NCBI GenBank assembly: GCA_045863335.1
Contig: BTVY01000016.1
Coordinates: 251-41,582 of the forward strand
Length of the DNA: 41,332 nt
From: Candidatus Hydrogenedentota bacterium
Lineage (GTDB): Bacteria; Hydrogenedentota; Hydrogenedentia; Hydrogenedentales; SLHB01
Reading direction: 5' to 3'
Below the pieces are notes generated by a model. The model searched no databases, was not told the DNA's origin, and saw nothing but the letters and a program-made list of their open reading frames with translations. A program made the position numbers and the translations under genes. Positions 39,324 through 41,332 of this stretch are shown here, piece by piece; positions within the stretch are counted from its first letter, which is position 1, and each line of letters starts with the position of its first letter.

Positions 39324-41273
39324 TTGGTCATGTCCATTCCGATGAGAAATGCAATCGTTCTTGTCTTACTTGCCGCGCCGCTGCTGCTGCCGCAGACCGC
39401 GTTGCCGCAAGAGGAACGCACCGATCCGTCGAGCGTGCTCGACACGGTCAATCGCTGGCTCAAGAGCCTCGGCGAGAAAACCGAAGAGTGGATCAAGCCC
39501 CGAGTGGGCAATCTGGACGGAAACGGCGGGGTGGACTGGCGCGGCCTGGCGACCAGCGCGCGCGACTTTCAGAAAAACTATCCCGTGCGGCCGAATGTCG
39601 TCGTTGCCGTGTCCAGCGAGTTCGGCGAGATCCGCGTGGATGCCTGGGAGAATCCGGTTGTGCGTGTGCGCGCCGAGATCTCGGTCGGCGCGGAGACGGT
39701 CGAGGTGGCCGACGAGATTGTCGATGCCATCAATATTGACGTTACCGAGTTGGCCGATCGCATCGAAGTCAGTACGAAGTACCCCGACACGCGCGACCGC
39801 GGAAAGGTCGCCATTGAAGTCAACTACGCGATCACCGTTCCCGCCAACGCGAGCGTTCTTTGCAGCAACAATTTCGGCGACACGATTGTCCACGGCGCCA
39901 GCGGCACGGTAGCGGTCGACTCGCGCTTCGGCGTCGTCGATCTTCGCGATTTGTCGGGCGCCGTTTCCGTCCGCGCGCAGGGCGAGTTTCCGCTGAACGC
40001 TTCCGGCTTGCGAAACGGCGGCTCCTTCGAACTTCAAAGCACACAGGCGGAGTTCGCCCAGGTGAGTGGAAGTCTCCATGTCAGCAATTTCATGGGAAGC
40101 GTGACGCTTCGCGAACTCGCGCCGGAATCCGATCTGGACGTCACCAGCCAGAGCGGCCCGATTCACGTGTACGTTCCGGAGAACAGCAAACCCGACATCG
40201 CCGTGACTACCCTGTACGGCGCGATTCAGTCCGACGTACCCGTCGAACGGTCATCGCAAGGGAATCTCTCGCTTGGCCGAGTCATTAATTTGGAATCGCC
40301 CCAGAAGCTCACGCTTCATGCCTCTTTCGCGACGGTGTACATTCACCAGGAGGGGCTCAAACCGTCTCCGGCGGCGCCGGCCCAGAATGGCGGCGAGTAT
40401 GTCACACGGGGCGTCGAAGAGTCCGCCGAGCTGACGGACGACATGCGGGTGCGCGTGAACGCCACGCTGGGCGACGTGCGCATCGAAGGCGTCGACTCGA
40501 ACGTGTTAGAGGTCAAAGCGACGAAGGTCGTCCGCATGCAGATCAAAGAGAATGCCGAGAAAGCAATCGAAGCGCTTGGGCTCCGCATCGAGCCTGTGGA
40601 TGGGAACCTCACGATCGCGACGGCCGTGCGGGACAATATGGAAGCCCTCGGGTGCACGCACTACCGGGTCGATCTCGTCATCCGGTGCCCCCGTACCGCT
40701 CCTATCGAAGTTCACGCCCAGAGCGGTTACACGTCCATTGAAGGCATGGCTTCGGCCATCGACGTGGAGCAGAGCAAAGGCACCGTGACGGTCAGCCATT
40801 GCAAACGAGACGACGGCGCGTTTGAAGTCGACAACGAATCCGGCGACATCATCGTCAGCGACTGCCAGGGCCCCATGACCCTCACATCGCAACAAGGTAC
40901 GATCAAGACGACCAACGTGTACGGTAAACAAACGCTCACGGCCAACCTCGGCAAGGTGCTCGTCGACACGCCGAAGGGCGAGGTTACCGTCCGGGGCCGG
41001 GGCGGCGACGTGAACATCCTCGCGTTGGATGGCGTACTGGGCGAATACAACGTGCAGGTGGAGCGGGGCAATCTCGAACTTGTGATTCCGAAAACTGCCG
41101 ATGCGGAACTCTGGGTCACCACGAAGAACGGCATTCCGGACTCCGCTGTGCCACTGACCGGCACGATGGAACGGGGTCTCTACCAAGGCAAAGGCCAGCT
41201 CACCAGTGGCCAATACCGCGTCGAGCTTACCACCGACGGCGGGAATGTCTATATCTATTGGCCGGCGGAGTGA
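39324..41273 (+). CDS. Secreted DUF4097-like beta-strand-repeat protein, two modules
   Basis: Signal peptide; GEIRVDAW...V.V.A, Y.ITVP and repeated S..G.I/V units; architecture repeated after a PSPAAPA linker; start may be 39330 or 39342. Confidence 0.75.
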   Translation: MVMSIPMRNAIVLVLLAAPLLLPQTALPQEERTDPSSVLDTVNRWLKSLGEKTEEWIKPRVGNLDGNGGVDWRGLATSARDFQKNYPVRPNVVVAVSSEFGEIRVDAWENPVVRVRAEISVGAETVEVADEIVDAINIDVTELADRIEVSTKYPDTRDRGKVAIEVNYAITVPANASVLCSNNFGDTIVHGASGTVAVDSRFGVVDLRDLSGAVSVRAQGEFPLNASGLRNGGSFELQSTQAEFAQVSGSLHVSNFMGSVTLRELAPESDLDVTSQSGPIHVYVPENSKPDIAVTTLYGAIQSDVPVERSSQGNLSLGRVINLESPQKLTLHASFATVYIHQEGLKPSPAAPAQNGGEYVTRGVEESAELTDDMRVRVNATLGDVRIEGVDSNVLEVKATKVVRMQIKENAEKAIEALGLRIEPVDGNLTIATAVRDNMEALGCTHYRVDLVIRCPRTAPIEVHAQSGYTSIEGMASAIDVEQSKGTVTVSHCKRDDGAFEVDNESGDIIVSDCQGPMTLTSQQGTIKTTNVYGKQTLTANLGKVLVDTPKGEVTVRGRGGDVNILALDGVLGEYNVQVERGNLELVIPKTADAELWVTTKNGIPDSAVPLTGTMERGLYQGKGQLTSGQYRVELTTDGGNVYIYWPAE

Positions 41274-41278
41274 GAGTT

Positions 41279-41332
41279 GAGTGATGAATGATGAGTGATG
41301 AATGATGAATGATGAATGATGAGTGATGAGTG
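41279..41332. repeat. GARTGAT heptamer tandem array running to the window end
   Basis: GAGTGAT GAATGAT GAGTGAT GAATGAT GAATGAT GAATGAT GAGTGAT GAGTG. Confidence 0.9.

Overview
GC-rich bacterial chromosomal window from a diderm organism. Sulfatase, WD40, Ser/Thr kinase and DUF4097 content plus the intergenic repeat style suggest a Planctomycetota- or Ca. Hydrogenedentes-like lineage (inference only). Housekeeping genes: tgt-yajC-secDF, pckA, gatCAB-rsfS, murB and pilT. Accessory genes: a Tat-exported sulfatase; a PAC2-HtrA-pseudoHtrA-TPR lipoprotein run; a carbohydrate-related block (PL2-like lyase, large beta-propeller/glycosidase-like protein, two lipoprotein esterases, sodium:solute symporter); a PagL-like barrel; an aldo/keto reductase; a UroD-family protein; a kinase-less WD40 protein; and an ECF sigma/anti-sigma/DUF4097 module. 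The most unusual element is a self-contained cassette at about 22.2-23.5 kb. It has putative promoters, two small paralogous proteins sharing an ungapped N-terminal motif (H-x-R-x-I-S-x-x-P-A-x-x-T-x-A-L-x-x-K), a third 44-aa hydrophobic ORF missing from the ORF track, and a terminator. The second is a translationally coupled pair of an active HtrA protease and an HtrA whose catalytic residues are substituted. Intergenic spaces carry REP-like palindromes and 7/9/10-bp tandem repeats. No rRNA, tRNA, CRISPR array, transposase or integrase was recognised. All family calls come from motif recognition by eye; no searches were run.
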